Shown piece after piece: positions 38,584-52,356 of a stretch of DNA of 64,000 nt. The notes under the pieces are model-generated. The model did no database searches and had not been told where the DNA came from. It was given only the letters and a program-made list of their open reading frames with translations. The stretch spans positions 39,804,001 to 39,868,000 of the forward strand of contig JAGIQG010000017.1 in the NCBI GenBank assembly GCA_024679065.1. Reading direction: 5' to 3'. The stretch is from Sphyrna mokarran (lineage: Eukaryota). Within the stretch, counting starts at the first letter, position 1; each line of letters starts with the position of its first letter. Position numbers and translations under genes: made by a program.

Positions 38584-40202
38584 CTACAGTAAAAGAAATT
38601 ACATTAACAGGATACAGTTACTCTGCCATGGGTTGTCACTTTGGCGCATATTCATTGCTCTTGTTTTGACATTGCATCCAACAAGTAAATTCAAAATATT
38701 ATGGGGGGAAAAAGTGGTGTGAATAAAAATGAAATATTTTTCTGACAGGATTTTACTAACTTGAAAAACAATGCAGAGATTCTTTCTGTGTGTGGCTGAA
38801 CTCTTCAGTTCAGCAAGGCAATATTACCTATTCAATAAATCAGAAATTTATATCACTGGCTCTCTCCACCTCTGTACCAAGTCTTTAACAAAAGAATGTG
38901 TATTCATCATCTGGAATTCATCTAGGTTCAAAGTCTGCTGAACCTCCCCATCTTTATGAATTAAAAGAAAGCTTGGAAGATCCTTTATTTTAGCAGATGC
39001 TCGCCCTTCTGCTGGGTTATCCAATGCAAGTGGCCCCTTGTATAGTTCACTTTGAATTCAGGCAGTGCAGTCCCCAGGGAATCTTTATTGGCTCCTCAGA
39101 GATAACAAGGAGTGAGTTTTTCCAAAGTAGCAAAGGAGCTTCCTTTGTTCTGGGATTACAGACATACATAGATTCAACCATCTTAATGATTTTGTTCAAC
39201 CAAAGTCTAGTTTGAATCTTACAAGTTGCAATGAGTATATATGGTATGTTGTTTTATAAAAATGTACAGTCTTACTCTATCTCTGTTTTCAAATGTCCTC
39301 CTGGCCTTAAGGGGAGGAGAGAGAAAATGAATTGTATTTCATTTTTTTTTCATGTGGCTTTAAGAAAGAAAAATATGAAGAAGTAAAAAATCATTTGCTC
39401 CTTCACACTGACAAGTCAAACACACAGCTAACAAGAGTAATAGCAGTTTCCTTCTACAGATTTAAATCTGGGTTAGTGCATCAGCAAGAACAGTATCCTT
39501 TCCTAAGACTTGGAACATTTAGATGACCTGGGAAGATTCAAGATGTCTTTCGGGGAAGTCTATGCAGGGTTAAAGTCCTGAATATTCTCTGTTAGGGATT
39601 GGGAGTTAGCAAAGCCATTGTTTTCCAAGGTTTGTGCCTGTCCAAATCCTGATCATGTATTTTCTAATGGTCTGCAGGTTTTACAACGGGGGTTATCTGC
39701 ATGGAGTTCTAGGTTCCTCTATGAGCACCAGCTCTCTTGATCAAAGGGCTAAGCTGCTTTTGTTCAGCTCAGTTCCTTCCTGTTCAGTTCAGTAACCCGT
39801 GAATTCAGTTTCCCTGACCCAGAATCCTGACTGTGGCTGAACTGGTTTTTAGGAAATTGGGATTCTTTAATGGGGCTTTGGCCTCTTCGCAGCTGTTGGG
39901 TGCTAGGAGTTGGCACTGCAAGAAGCAGGTGATCTTCTGAATATGGGCTAAGTTTTTGGGACTCAGGTGACAGGAAGACTGCCTTATGGAAGGTGTCCCT
40001 CATGTGTCCATACCCAGTAGGGGTACACTGCTGCTGGTAGGCTAGTCTGAGTTATTTTGAAAGCAGTGCGCAACTCTGTTACCTTGTGTTTCTGCATTAA
40101 GGTGGGTGGGTATGGATTTCTAGTTGGATCTCTCTACTGGTCAGTTGCATAGTAGATTCCATATCTTTTGGAACATCTTTTGGAAAGGTCGTTTGTGATG
40201 CC

Positions 40203-40510
40203 ATGGTGGCACAGTGGTTAGTACTGTTGCTCATAGCACCAGGAACGCAGGTTCAATTCCGGCCTCAGGCCACTTAATGTGTGGAGTTTGTAATTCTATC
40301 CATGTCTGCATGGGTTTTCCCTGGGCGGTCCAGTTTCCTCCCACACTCCAAAGGTGTGCAGGTTAGATGGGTTGGCTCTGGTAAATTGCCCCTTTGTGTC
40401 AGGGGGACCAGGAGGGTAATTATATGGGGTTAGGATAGGGCCTGGGTGGAATTGTGGTTGTTGCAGTCTCGATGGGCCAAAGCGCCTCCTTCTGTACTGT
40501 AGGGATTCTA
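40203..40510 (+). mobile_element. HE1/V-SINE
   Basis: Full head, V-domain and tail. Confidence 0.9.
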
Positions 40511-41587
40511 CTGCCCTCTGGTGAAGAATCAGCTCTTGATGTATCTCCCAATGGCTTTTCAACTATAAGCAGCATTGTCCTCACCTTTTCTGGGCCTATC
40601 TGGGAAATTTCCTGGTTCTCATTTAAACTTCCGTAAAGCTATTGGCCAAATGAATCCAAACTGAGGGCCTTGGCTTTGGTTCTCCTAACTTGTTCGGTAT
40701 CCCCTGGAGCACGTCTGCCCACAGGTAGAGGTCTAGCTCCAACCATACTCCCTTGTGGAGTTTCAGCCTCTCCCTCCCTGTCTGTTCTTCTGTTTGGGGA
40801 CTCCCCATGTCCCTGCATAAATTTGGGGTGAAAGTCTCTGCCACCTAATATTTTGGCAATTACCTATTCTAATCTTTTCCTGTTTTAATAATTTTCTGTA
40901 GTAATCTCACCAAGGCTTGTTTTCCTCCACCAATCTCCCATTTATTTACAGTGGTAGCCAAGTGCTGTTAATGGCTACAGAGTGTAGGAAAGTCCCGAGT
41001 CTGTTGATCTGAGTGGAGCCAGCTGGAATTAAAGCCCCCACTGCTTCACAATTCCCCTGGAACAATCACGAGCTACTCTCCCTGTTCACAATAATCTTGA
41101 ATCCTCCACCTGGAACGATTGCCATTCCCCTACACCCCTACACCCCATCAATTACCAGCACACCTCCCCCTATTCCCCCCATCCTTCCACCACTACCTCT
41201 CCTCTGAACAGCCCTGCCTGCAGTTAGCCCAGCGGATGCTGCCCAAGGGGCACCCCCCTTGCCCCTCGCGGGGAGGCCTCAGTGACCTCTGGTTCTATCA
41301 GTGAGCCCATCACAATAGGTCACCATTGATTGGGGAACCATATATGATCGTTGCCGGGGAAAATGTTCCCCAGCGAGGACACACAGCTAAATGAGTCTAG
41401 ATGATAGTGTCCCGGGATCGCTAATTCTATTTGAATTACCATTTAAATGATATATTCAGCCTTGCCAGATATCTGGTGTCAGTAAGATCACCAAAAGTGA
41501 GAAATTGGGCATGAACCTGATTTCTTGGCTCTCACGCAGTCTCACCCTGCCCATTGATCAGCACATCACAATAAGATTCCCCCCCCT

Positions 41588-41745
41588 TGACCATTACACA
41601 TTCTGACCATTACATACTCTATATGTTACATACCCAGGCCATTACACACCCTGACTGTTATGCATCTGACCATTGCACACCCTGTTACACACACTGTCCG
41701 TTACGGACCTAACCATTACACACCCTTTCTGTTCCACACTGTGTT
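41588..41745. repeat. Degenerate minisatellite, about 16-bp unit (tgaccattacacaccc)
   Basis: About ten imperfect copies roughly 160 nt downstream of the exon 5 donor. Confidence 0.75.
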
Positions 41746-41902
41746 GAATGCATACTAGTTTTTCCATTATGCATTTCCATTGAAGTCAGCTGTAGACTGG
41801 TAACAAACAACTTTTCAAAATTAAAAATTTCCCCGCAAAATCTCTGCACTAATCTTACACTGATTGTTCAGGAGTGCACTGTCACTGAGCGTAGCTGCTT
41901 AC

Positions 41903-41974
41903 CTTTCTCGCTTTGTACTTCTCATTGCACAACAACCTCTCCACTTTAAAGCAAACCCCATCTTCTAGAATTTC
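41903..41974 (-). CDS. DNTT: TdT coding exon (exon 5 equivalent)
   Basis: ttttcacatag|...|gtaagc; 72 nt, phase 0-0; EILEDGVCFKVERLLCNEKYKARK. Confidence 0.95.
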
Positions 41975-42271
41975 CTATGTGAAAACATAAAATAGATTTC
42001 AACATGCAGCAAAACTATAAAATCTTGTTGTTAATTATAAACTTATCCATTTTTGCCCACATTTTAATAACTTGACCCATTTGAAAATTTACCAGAAACA
42101 GTGTGTGTGGGAGAGGGATATAATGGAGGAATTAAAGGCTCAAAGAAAGAAGTGAGAAATTATGCTTATACAATACTTCATGTGAATTCCAAAAGAACCA
42201 TGCACCATACTAAGGATTACAAAAGCAAGATAGGCAGATGGAGTTATGCAAGATGTCGACCATCATCTAAT

Positions 42272-42755
42272 TAAAGAACAAAGAACAGTACAGCACAGGA
42301 AACAGGTCCTTCAAGCCTGCACCTCTCATTGGTCCAACTACACCATTCTTCTGTATCCCTCCATTCCCAGTCTGCTGATGTGACTATCCAAATAAATCTT
42401 TAATGTTGGCAGCGTGTCAGCCTCCACCACCCTGCTTGGCAGTGCATTCCAGGCCCCTACAACTCTGTGTAAAATATGTCCCTCTGATATCTGAGTTAAA
42501 TCTCGCACCCCCTCACCTTGAACTTGTGACCCCTTGTGTTTGTCACCTCCAACCTGGGGAAAAAAATTTCCCACTGGTAACCCTATCCATATCCCTCAGA
42601 ATTTTATACACCTCTACTATGTCTCCCCTCATTCTCCATCCTTCCAGGGAGAACAATCCCAGTTTACCCAATCTCTCCTCATAGATAAGACCCACCATAC
42701 CAGGCAACATTCTGGTATACCTTCTCTGCATTCTCTCCAAAGCCTCCACATCCAA
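42272..42755 (-). mobile_element. CR1 3' end with (ttctttg)n tail
   Basis: DVEALERMQRRYTRMLPGM...LGLFSLE (ORF 42543..42902). Confidence 0.9.
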
Positions 42756-43021
42756 ACGGAGGAACGGGTTGGTGGGGCCTATTCCCACTTCCATATTCCA
42801 CATTACAACTTCAGTGGAAATCCTGATTACCCTTTTATCCCACCAAATTTCTGTCAAAGAACAAAGAGCAAAACAACATCGGAAACAGGCCGTTCGGCCC
42901 AATGAGCCCGCGCTGCCACCCCGATGTTCCTACCTCTACCCGTGATCCCTGTCTATGTTTATAGAGCTACAGCATTGAAACCTTGAGGAAATTCCGGCAT
43001 TGTTTTTTCCAATGTTTCCCA

Positions 43022-43230
43022 ATCATAGAATCCCTATTGTGCAGAAGGAGGACATTGGGCTCATCGAGCTTGCAGCAACAATCTTACCCAGGCCCTATCC
43101 CCATAACCCTACCTTGCCAATCCTCCTGACACTAAGGGACAATTAAACATGAGCAATCTTTGGACTGTGGGAGAAACCAGAGTAGCTGAAGGAAACCCAC
43201 ATAGACACAGGAAGAATGTGCAAGCTCCAT
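43022..43230 (-). mobile_element. HE1/V-SINE (5'-truncated)
   Basis: atcatagaatccctattgtgcagaaggagg...ggaaacccacatagacacagg. Confidence 0.85.
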
Positions 43231-43397
43231 CTAAGCATGAAGGGAGAAACGCATGTTAACAGAAGAAATATAAGATTAGTCAAAAATCCAGTCATATCCC
43301 TTTATGTATTTAACTTTAAGAAATGCATAATAACCAATAGTTATTCCGGCAGAAATAATTGCCATCAATTTGGAATATCTTTCTCCCAGTGTTATAC

Positions 43398-43568
43398 CTC
43401 AATTATGGCCCTGATCTCGTCTCCAAAACAGGGTAGTCCATCCAGATCTGCCATTCTGCTTATTGTGTAAGGAAGGGATTTTAATACTGATGCTGCTCTT
43501 GAAAATGTCACAAAGGCACCATCATTCTCATTGAACTCAAAGTTTTCCGCCAAAATGTCCAATGCATT
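43398..43568 (-). CDS. DNTT: TdT coding exon (exon 4 equivalent; 8-kDa domain)
   Basis: ttttctctgcag|...|gtataa; 171 nt, phase 0-0; NALDILAENFEFNENDGAFVTFSRAASVLKSLPYTISRMADLDGLPCFGDEIRAIIE (inside ORF 43392..43586). Confidence 0.97.
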
Positions 43569-43713
43569 CTGCAGAGAAAATAACAAAACTTAGCATATTA
43601 GCAATGCTACTATGCAAAATATGAAATCAAAAAGATTATGCGCAGTGTATAATCAACCAGTACCAGTCTGTTGAAGTCAGCGGACATCGAATTCTGTTGG
43701 GATTTATCATTTT

Positions 43714-44012
43714 GGGTGGCATGGTGGCACAGCTGTTAGCATTGTGGCCTCACAGCATCAGAGACCGGCTTCCACTTCAGCCTCACATGGCTGTCTATGT
43801 GGAGTCTGCATGTTCTCCCAGTGTCTGTGTGGGTTTCCTCCAGGTGAACCTCCCACATTCCAAAGATGAGGTGGATTAGCCATGGTAAATGCATAGGATT
43901 ATGGGGATAGGACAGGGGAGTGGGCCTGGGTAAGATGCTCTTTCGGAAAGCCAAAGCAGATTTGATGGGCGGAATGGCCTCCGTCTGTGCTATTGAGATT
44001 CTATAGTTCTAT
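43714..44012 (+). mobile_element. HE1/V-SINE
   Basis: Full head, V-domain and tail. Confidence 0.9.
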
Positions 44013-44324
44013 AATTCTCTTCAAAATAATTTGTGGTTTTGACTTAAGGAATTAGGCTCATTAGCTCTCATTTTCTGTTTGGGTGCTGCAATTTTCCTTA
44101 GAGCTGCAAAATGGTGGCTGGAATTCTCTAATCTCGCACAGTCACCATCCCTGCAGCGAGAAAGGAGAACTCGGCATCCAGGCAAAATTCCAATCTCTGT
44201 AGCAGGACCGGAGAATCCAAGCCGCAGGTGAGGTCAGAGAATTTTGGCTGGTGTCTGTGGTGTGTGCACACACTTGTCAGGCAAACTATACTTAATGCCA
44301 CATTGGTGATGGTGTTATTTTACT

Positions 44325-44612
44325 TATTTTATTTATTAGTGTCACAAGGAGGCTTACATTAACTCTGCAATGAAATTACTGTGAAAATCCCCTATTCGCC
44401 ACACTCTGGCACCTGTTCAGGTACACTGAGGGAGAATTTACCATGGTCAGTGCACCTAACCAACACGTCTTTTGGCTTGTGGGAGGAAACCAGAGCACCT
44501 GGAGACACAGAGAGAATGTGCAAATTCCACACAGACGGTGAGCCAAGCCGGGAATCGAACCCGAATCCCGGTGCTGTAAGGCAGCAGTGCTAACCACTCT
44601 GCCACCTTGCCA
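44325..44612 (-). mobile_element. V-SINE with alternative tail (...cttgtgactaataaataa)
   Basis: Same head and V-domain as HE1, different 3' end. Confidence 0.88.
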
Positions 44613-47389
44613 ACCTTACACTGTGAACACTCTTTAGAAATATAAAGAGTAGGCAGATCATGACATGAAACAACATGTAATGCTGTCTTTTAATGGTCAT
44701 ATTGGAACTCACTGCTTCAGCTAACACCTTGTCTTACCATCACACAGCTGGACATGCATTCACAGCAGAAATGGTATCCCCCTCACCCCCTCCACAATAG
44801 CATTATTTAAAGGAATCATCAATTACTTACAGATTCCTTGCTGGTTGATTTTTCCTGCCTGTTACTTTGATTCTATAAGTGTTTGATGCTTTATCTAGTT
44901 AAAGTTGAAACAGCCTAGAGGGAATGGCGTGGCAGGTATCGAAAGAAGTTTGGCTGCCTTCAAGGCTTTTGCTCAAATCAATTGCTCCTGGACACGGGTG
45001 AACACTTGGAATACATCATGACACGGAGAACAAAGAGAAGGAGAAGCAAAACAGCAAATTCTACTGGAAAAGAAATGAGAAAGAGAGGGAAGAAGCATGC
45101 TCAACGGGGGATAATATCCACCTGGGTTTTTAGGGAGCTGTTTTCCTATCTGAGTCTCAGTAAGAAACAACAGTTGATAGAGATCATGGGTGGATAGTAA
45201 GGGAATGTAGTCAATTGAACAGCCCAGGATTAGTGGTCTCGTTGGTAGGATACTGCATACCTGGTGTCATTCGTAGGATATGGCATACATATTCTGGGCT
45301 GTACAATTCTTCGTAATAATATTTTGTGAAACTGTTATGTGCAGTAAAAGTTGTTGCACATATTTAATTTGTTTAATGTTTTGCCTGTATTGGGTGCAAG
45401 AAAAAATACTTCTCACTATATCCCAGTACATGACAATAATAAATCAAATCAAATCAAATAATCGGATAAAGTGACTGTAGCAATGATGAATTTGGAAGCT
45501 TGATGCTCATGTTCTACTGTTGATTAATCTCAGAGCAATCAAGTGATACTAGGAAAGTGAGTACAAAAAAAACATTACACGTGGGATTTTATGGTCTTGC
45601 TCATGGCCAAACCGTAAAATCCTGCCCGAAGTCAATGGACATTTACATGGTCTGCCCCTTTCCCACTCCAATTCCCAAGGTGGGCAGGACGATAAAATTC
45701 CAGCTGAAATTTACACAACAATTCAACTTTGAAGCTAATACGACTTTACCATTCTCACTTCTCTGATGCCAACCCACAATATACCATAAATGTATTTGCC
45801 CCTTTTAAACTAATGACAATCTCCTCAGGATTTATCAATTGAACATGTACCAGCAGCTCAGTAAAAAATATAAATTGAATGTTGAGCTTTGCAGAGAAGA
45901 ATGGTGCATAGTTTAAAAATTCAGTACGGCCTCAACTCAAGAATTAGATTGTTGCCCCTCCCTTCAAGAAGCTGTTGTTCAAATTATGCTGTCCAGCCTA
46001 TCCTCACATATCATGTTCCATTACATTTGTATTGAATAAATATGCAAATGATACATTTTAAAAATCTAAAAACAGGCAAATTAAGTGGAAAAATGGAATT
46101 ATTAAATAAGGAACTCCCAACAGCAGGAAAAACGAGCGTGGCAGCAAACTGCCAAGATAATTCATTTCTAGAAGCCCTTAAGTAGAAAGATTGGGTTTCT
46201 ATAAAGGTGACATATAGCTAAAGCCCTTTCTGTTGTTTCTCTGAGATTTTAATGGATTGTTTCTGTGTAAGTTACAATAGATGAGAATCCTCCCCTCTCC
46301 CATACATGAACTTTTAGCCCCACAGTGTAATTATCTCCTGCTAGATTTTAAATAGCATAGTGCAGTGGCATGACCTAGCATGTGTCTGGGAGACAAATGG
46401 GGATATAATTCTTAGATTTTACAAGAGAAATAAAATGGGCACCATCCCTCGTATGAAATCCTTCTATTGAATAATCTCATACACTGAGGCAGGAGAAAGT
46501 CTTACACTTCACCTACAGATTGGAAAAGATTTTGTGCAGTTTTTGGAAGGTGTAAGCATTGAATTCCACACCACCAACCCTCATAGGAAATTATTGTCAT
46601 TGTCCCATGTGGTGCAATGTGCAAAACATTTGAATGGTACCTGAGTATGAATTATGCCTATTAGTAGCACTTATCCCTGCCTCAGAGAGTCATTATATCC
46701 TCTAACATTCCTGAGAGTCATGCTCATCAAATTGATTCGTCTTTATGAGTTAACAATGTCAGTGGCCATATTATCAAAGTGAAGGAGAGGCGTGAAAACT
46801 CACACACAAAGGATTAAAGGGTGGATCCAAGGAATCGAGAGAGAATGTGTAACCATAATAGGTGGAACCCAGTGCCTGCCTGCTCTCAGTATTCACATAC
46901 GTGCCCAGTTGACCCTGCATATAAAGAATAGGCAGCCATTGAAACAGGCTGTCAGAATCTCCCATGATGCAGAAATCAAGGGAGCGAACAGCCCCTTGAG
47001 GCTACAGGCAATTCTGATGCGGCGAGGACAGTGTCTGGGGTCAGTCATGTGATGAAGTTAAAAGAGCAACAGACACATGAGTGAGCACTGGCCGCTGGAT
47101 AATGTGTAAGAGTGACATCTTCCAAGAGCGGAAGGACACAGGGTGTGGGCATAGTCTAAAGATGACTGCCTGAAATACTAACCTGATTGTCTGTCTGTCT
47201 CTCACTCTCTGTCTGTGTCTCATCCCTCACACAGCTCTGAGATGTATCAGGATGGAGCCAGTGGAGCTGGCAAGCCTACTAATAACTGGGCTGGAGGAGC
47301 CCAGCAGCTGTGAGAGGCTGCATCCAGGAGGACTCCAGCACCAGGAGCCCGGTGGCCACTGGTTAAGGTCAAGGAGTAGCTGCAGTTCA

Positions 47390-47920
47390 GGCAAAGATGA
47401 AGAAGACTCAGGACAGACAAGACCCAGATGTCCTTGATGGAGCTATCAAACACAGGCGACCAGATACTCTGCCTCACAAGGGAGACAGTGCAGCACCTGT
47501 GCAATCTTCTTTCAATCTTGACACTATATGGAAGAGGAGTGCACCCACTCCCTGTAGTTGTGAAGGTCATGGATTGTTTCACAGTTCAACAGGTGACTGT
47601 TGTGAGATCTTGAAATCATCTACACACAAATGAATCCATAACATCACGGATGCACTCTATGCCATGTACTCAGACTATATTAATTTCAACCTGGACCAGG
47701 TCTATCATGACAAGAGGGGTTTGTTTCCAATACTGGTCTGTCACAGACACAGGGGGCCATCAATGACATTCATGTGGGTCTACATGCCCCATAGCATCAG
47801 GGAGACTTGTATATTAATAGGAAAGAATTCCACTCCCTTTATGTGCAATTGGTGTGTGACCACCAGATGAAGATCATGCATGTTTGCACACACGGTCCAG
47901 GGAATGTACGTGATAGCTGA
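47390..47920 (+). pseudogene. PIF/Harbinger (HARBI1-like) DDE transposase relic
   Basis: LCLTRETVQHLCNLL; QGAINDIHVGLHAP*HQGDLYINRKEFHSLYVQLVCDHQMKIMHVCTHGPGNVRDS resembles GAIDGTHV...NRKGFHSxNVQxVCD...PGSxHDS; has stops and frameshifts. Confidence 0.88.
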
Positions 47921-48710
47921 TCTTTGTATCCTCACTAGCCACAGAAGAGATCCCGGAGGACTGGGTGAGTAGCTAATGTTGTTCCTCTGTTCAGGAAATG
48001 AAAAAGGGATAAAACAAGAAATTATAGACCCGTTGAGTCTCATATCGGTGGTTGGGAAGCTATTGGAGCGGATTCTTAGAGATAGAATTTACTTGCATTT
48101 GGAAAAACATAGTCTAATTAAGGAAAGCCAGCGTAGCTTTGTGCCAGACACTCATATTTTACTAACTTGATTGATTTATTCAAGGAAGTGAACAATGAGC
48201 TAGCAGTGAATATTGTCTACGTGAATTTTAGTAAGCCTTTCCACAAAGTTCCTCATGTAGGCTCATCCAGAAGATTAAGATGTACGGGATCCACGTGCCT
48301 TGCCCAATTAGATTCAGAATTGGCTTACTCACAGAAGTCAGAAGATGGTGGAGGAAGGATATTTTTCTGGCTGGATGTCAGTGACTAATGTTTTTCTGCA
48401 GGGATCCATACTGGGACTTCTGCTGTTGTGATTTATATAAATCTCTTGGACAAAATAGTAGATAGGTGGGTTAGTAAGTTTGCAGATGACACAAAGAAAG
48501 GCAGAGTTGTGGATAGTGTAGAAGGTTGTCAATGGACACAGTGAGATCTCCTCCAGTTGCAGATATGGGCAGAGAAATGGCAGAATTAATCTGGGCAAGT
48601 GTCAGATGTTGTACTTTGGAAGGTCAAATGGTAAGGGTAAGTATACAGTTATGGCAGGACCTGAACAATATTGATGTACAGATGGATTTTAGGGTTCAAT
48701 TCCATAGCAA
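47921..48710 (+). mobile_element. Degenerate CR1 RT fragment truncating the Harbinger transposase
   Basis: PLSLISVVGKLLERILRDRIYLHLE; VNFSKPFHKVPH; KFADD. Confidence 0.88.
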
Positions 48711-48779
48711 ACACACCACATACATTCTGACAAACTCTCATTATATTTTCATTTAAACCACATTATAACCACTGTATGG

Positions 48780-49200
48780 TTACCATTAGGGAGACTTACA
48801 TTGCTCCAAAAAAGTGATTCCTTGCTTTTATCATTTCTCATCTCTACCCAAAGTGTTTCTGCATCCTGTTTGCCTGAACTCAGATCATCACTTTTTGTTT
48901 TGCTAAATTCAGCATTGATTAACATAGTAACTCCTCCAACTTTTCCAAGCTTCTGTCCCTCCTAAATATTACCTTTCCTTCAATATTCAGGTGCCATTCT
49001 ATGTCACCCTGCAGCCATGTCTCTACATTCACTGTTAGATCATACTTATTTATTTCTATTTGCACTATCAGTTCATCTGTTTTTTTAATGCATTCAGGTA
49101 CAGAACATTTGATTTTGTCCATTTATCGTTTTTGTAGCCTTTATCCTTATCTGCTGATTTACCTTTAGATTTGTACTGTCTGTCATTACCTATCAAGCTT
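48780..49200 (-). mobile_element. CR1 ORF2 endonuclease-region fragment
   Basis: DELIVQIEINKYDLTVNVETWLQGDIEWHLNIEG...FRRDR. Confidence 0.85.
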
Positions 49201-49779
49201 ATCTTCGAAACTTGCCCTTTGGCTTCTGTCCCTGGACTCCTCCCACCCTTCCCGCTGATCCTGCCTCACTCGTCTGGCCTCCACTCCACCCTATCCCACT
49301 GACTCTCTCCTCTCCAGCCTCTGCGCAGCTTAAACTACTGGCACCCAATCTCAATCAAAAGGCTGACATTTATAAGTGATCTCCAAGAAGCACAAAGCAA
49401 CAATTACTCACTTCAAAGTCCAGGAAGAAGTCTATTTCATCAGGTGTACACCACTTATTATGTAATTGTGAATCTGAATACAGAACTTTCTCACTCACAA
49501 GGACTGACTTGGGATGAGGAAAAGCCAATTTCTAGCTTTTCAACGAGCATGCATGATATGCAAAAGGAAAAGGGTTCAAGCTCTGGGAAGCATGATTCAC
49601 TTTTAAAGATCAGAGAAATTAATTGCAAACTTTTATCCCGCCACAAGGAAGTTGCACTTTGACCTTCTGTGCAATGACAATCTCCCTCTGGCCTTTCTTC
49701 CTGCTCCAGACAGGACTGGAAGATTCTGCTCACTGTCTTAGAAATTGAACCAGGATGGGTGGAAAATGAACAACTGTAA

Positions 49780-50476
49780 AGTTTAAAGTTTTATTTATTA
49801 TTGTCACAAATAGGCTTACATTAGCACTGCAATGAAGTTACTGTGAAAATCCCCAATCATCACACTGTTCAGGTATCTATTCAGGTACACTAAGGGAGAA
49901 TTTAGCATGGCCACTGCCCCTCAATCATATCGATATCAATAGTAGTCTTGAGGGAATTCTTGTGATTTCATCCTCTATAACCAATATGTAGCGTTGTGTT
50001 CTAATCTTTATTAATGTGGAATTTCTACCAGGGATATGCAACAGTACCTGAGCTTAACCAACTGCCACGCCAATAACTATTGTTTATGCCTACTTGTATA
50101 AGATCTTCTTTTAAATATTCTTACTGTACAGGGAATCATTTCCCAAATTAATTTTTAGCCTTAAGTTATGCATACAGACTAAAGTTTATTTATTAGTAGA
50201 ATTACATTAACACTGCAATGAAGTTACTTTGAATATCTCCTGGTCGTCACACTCCAGTACCTATTCAGATACACTGAGGGAGAACTTAGCATGACCAATG
50301 AATGTTAACAGCTGTCTTTTGGACTGTGGGAGGAAACCGAAGCATCCGGAGGAAACCCATGCAGACACGGGGAAAACCCACAGACTCTACACAGACGTGA
50401 CCCAAGCCTAGAATCGAAATCAGGTCCTTGGGATTGTGAGGCAGCAGTGCTAACCACTGTGTCACCGTGCTGCCCT
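49780..50476 (-). mobile_element. V-SINE (alternative tail) with a duplicated tail and a 260-bp insert
   Basis: Tail 49780-49915, unique segment 49920-50180, then a complete SINE 50181-50476. Confidence 0.8.
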
Positions 50477-51385
50477 GCAATAGTGCTCATTTGTCAAACT
50501 GCAATGTTCCTCCTACTGAAATCTCAAGAACATTCCTCATGTCCTTATCCTCTTTGTTGAAACAAATGAACAATTGACCTTTCCAAAACTGCATGCAATT
50601 TTGTATGGTACCTAATTGTGGAATAGATTACAGATAATATGTAGAAATAAGCAGTCCTGCCTGAGGTTTACTGCTCTTTTAAGGTTTGTATCTTGCTTTC
50701 TCGCTAAAACAACATTTTGCCATTCTGGCAATAATATTCATTTCTGCACCGATATTAAAACCTGACATAGTGAACAACATGAGAGTAAATAATAGGCAGA
50801 ATCTTTTGATCTAACAGCAGGCAACTATGAAGCAAACATTTATTTTTCAATCCAGCCTTATTGCCATAGAAGCACACATGTTCGCTCCTGAATTATTAGA
50901 GTCACAACTCCAGCTGTGTCCAGAATGAAAGCATTTGTTTAGAAATACTTTCAAAATAGTAAGATAAATCATTGAGTTCGTTTTTTTTTCTGCACAAATG
51001 AATCTTGTAGCGCACATACAATCCTCATGGTGAGATGATTTGCATGTTTGTTCCACCGCAATTATCTCACAGGGCACATTAACCTGCTTTGACACAGACA
51101 ACTATGAATAACACCTCGGGTCTCAATCATATCTATATCAGTAGCAGTCTTGAGGGAATTCTTGTGATTTAATTCTCTGTAACCAATATGTAGCCTTCTG
51201 CTTCCATCTTTCTTAATGTGGATGGAATTTCTACCAGGGATATGCAACAGCACCTGAGCTTAACCCACTGCCATGCCAATAATTATTGTTTATGCTTACT
51301 TGTGTAAAAATTTCTTTTAGATATTCCTACTGTACAGGGTATCATTTCCCAAATTAATTCTTAGCCTTAAGCTATGAATACAGAT

Positions 51386-51686
51386 TAAAGTTTATTTATT
51401 AGTTCACAAGTAGGCTTATATTAACACCGCAATGAAGTTACTGTGAAAATCCTCTAGTCACGATACACCAGCACCTGTTCAGGTACACTGAGGGAAAATT
51501 TAACATTGCCAATGCATCTAACCAGCACGTCTTTCAGACTGTGGGAGGAAACCAGAGCTCCCAGAAGGGACCTAAAGAGACATGGGAGAATGTGCAAATT
51601 CCAAACAGACAGTGACCCAAGTCGGGAATTGAACCCAGGTCCCAGGTGCTGTGAGGCAGCAGTGCTAACCATTGTGCCATCATGCC
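51386..51686 (-). mobile_element. V-SINE (alternative tail)
   Basis: aaagtttatttattag...gtgctaaccattgtgcca. Confidence 0.88.
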
Positions 51687-52356
51687 AACTATACCTTCCT
51701 GAGAAAATACTGTTCCTTTTTTAAGTCTTGGCCATTTCTTAGTGGCCCTATGTCGTAGTAGGGAGGAGATATCGCTTCTGTTTGATTCATATTATTTGTG
51801 TCACTGGTTTCCTTATTGTCTCTAACATTTTACTTCGAATTCGTATAAAACTTTTCATGCACTCAGGACACTCCAAGGCACTTCACAGATAATCACATTC
51901 TTCAGAAGTGTAGTCATTGTTGCAATGTAGGAAACGTGGCAACTAAATTGTACACAGCAAGCTCCAGCAAGCAGCAAAATTGATAATGACCACAAAATGT
52001 GCTTTTTAATAATGTTAAGTGATTTGGTGAAGATTGCTAGCTCCAGAATCACTTCCAATAATCTGATGGACTCATGTTTGTAGACTCAGAAGCTGCATGG
52101 AAACAGCTGTGTCTTGATGAAAAAACACCCAGATGACACCCTGGGTGATATTGTAAAGGGCCCTTGTGGCCATCCAAGTGTGAGCCCACTTGTTAGAATA
52201 ATTAATATCTAACAAGATTTCCATTATAAACAAACTGAAAATACAGCCCCAAGTTCTGAATGCTCAAGTTTAAATTTAAGTTATAGAAAATGAGATTAGA
52301 TTTCTCCTGATCGTTCATCTTGACATGAACAGAAACCCTAGTGAAACCATGCAAAT

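Noticed and set aside
39540-40950. Coding-like minus-strand block, possibly an ERV or LINE ORF1 relic
   Set aside because: No recognisable motif and multiple stops; left unclassified.
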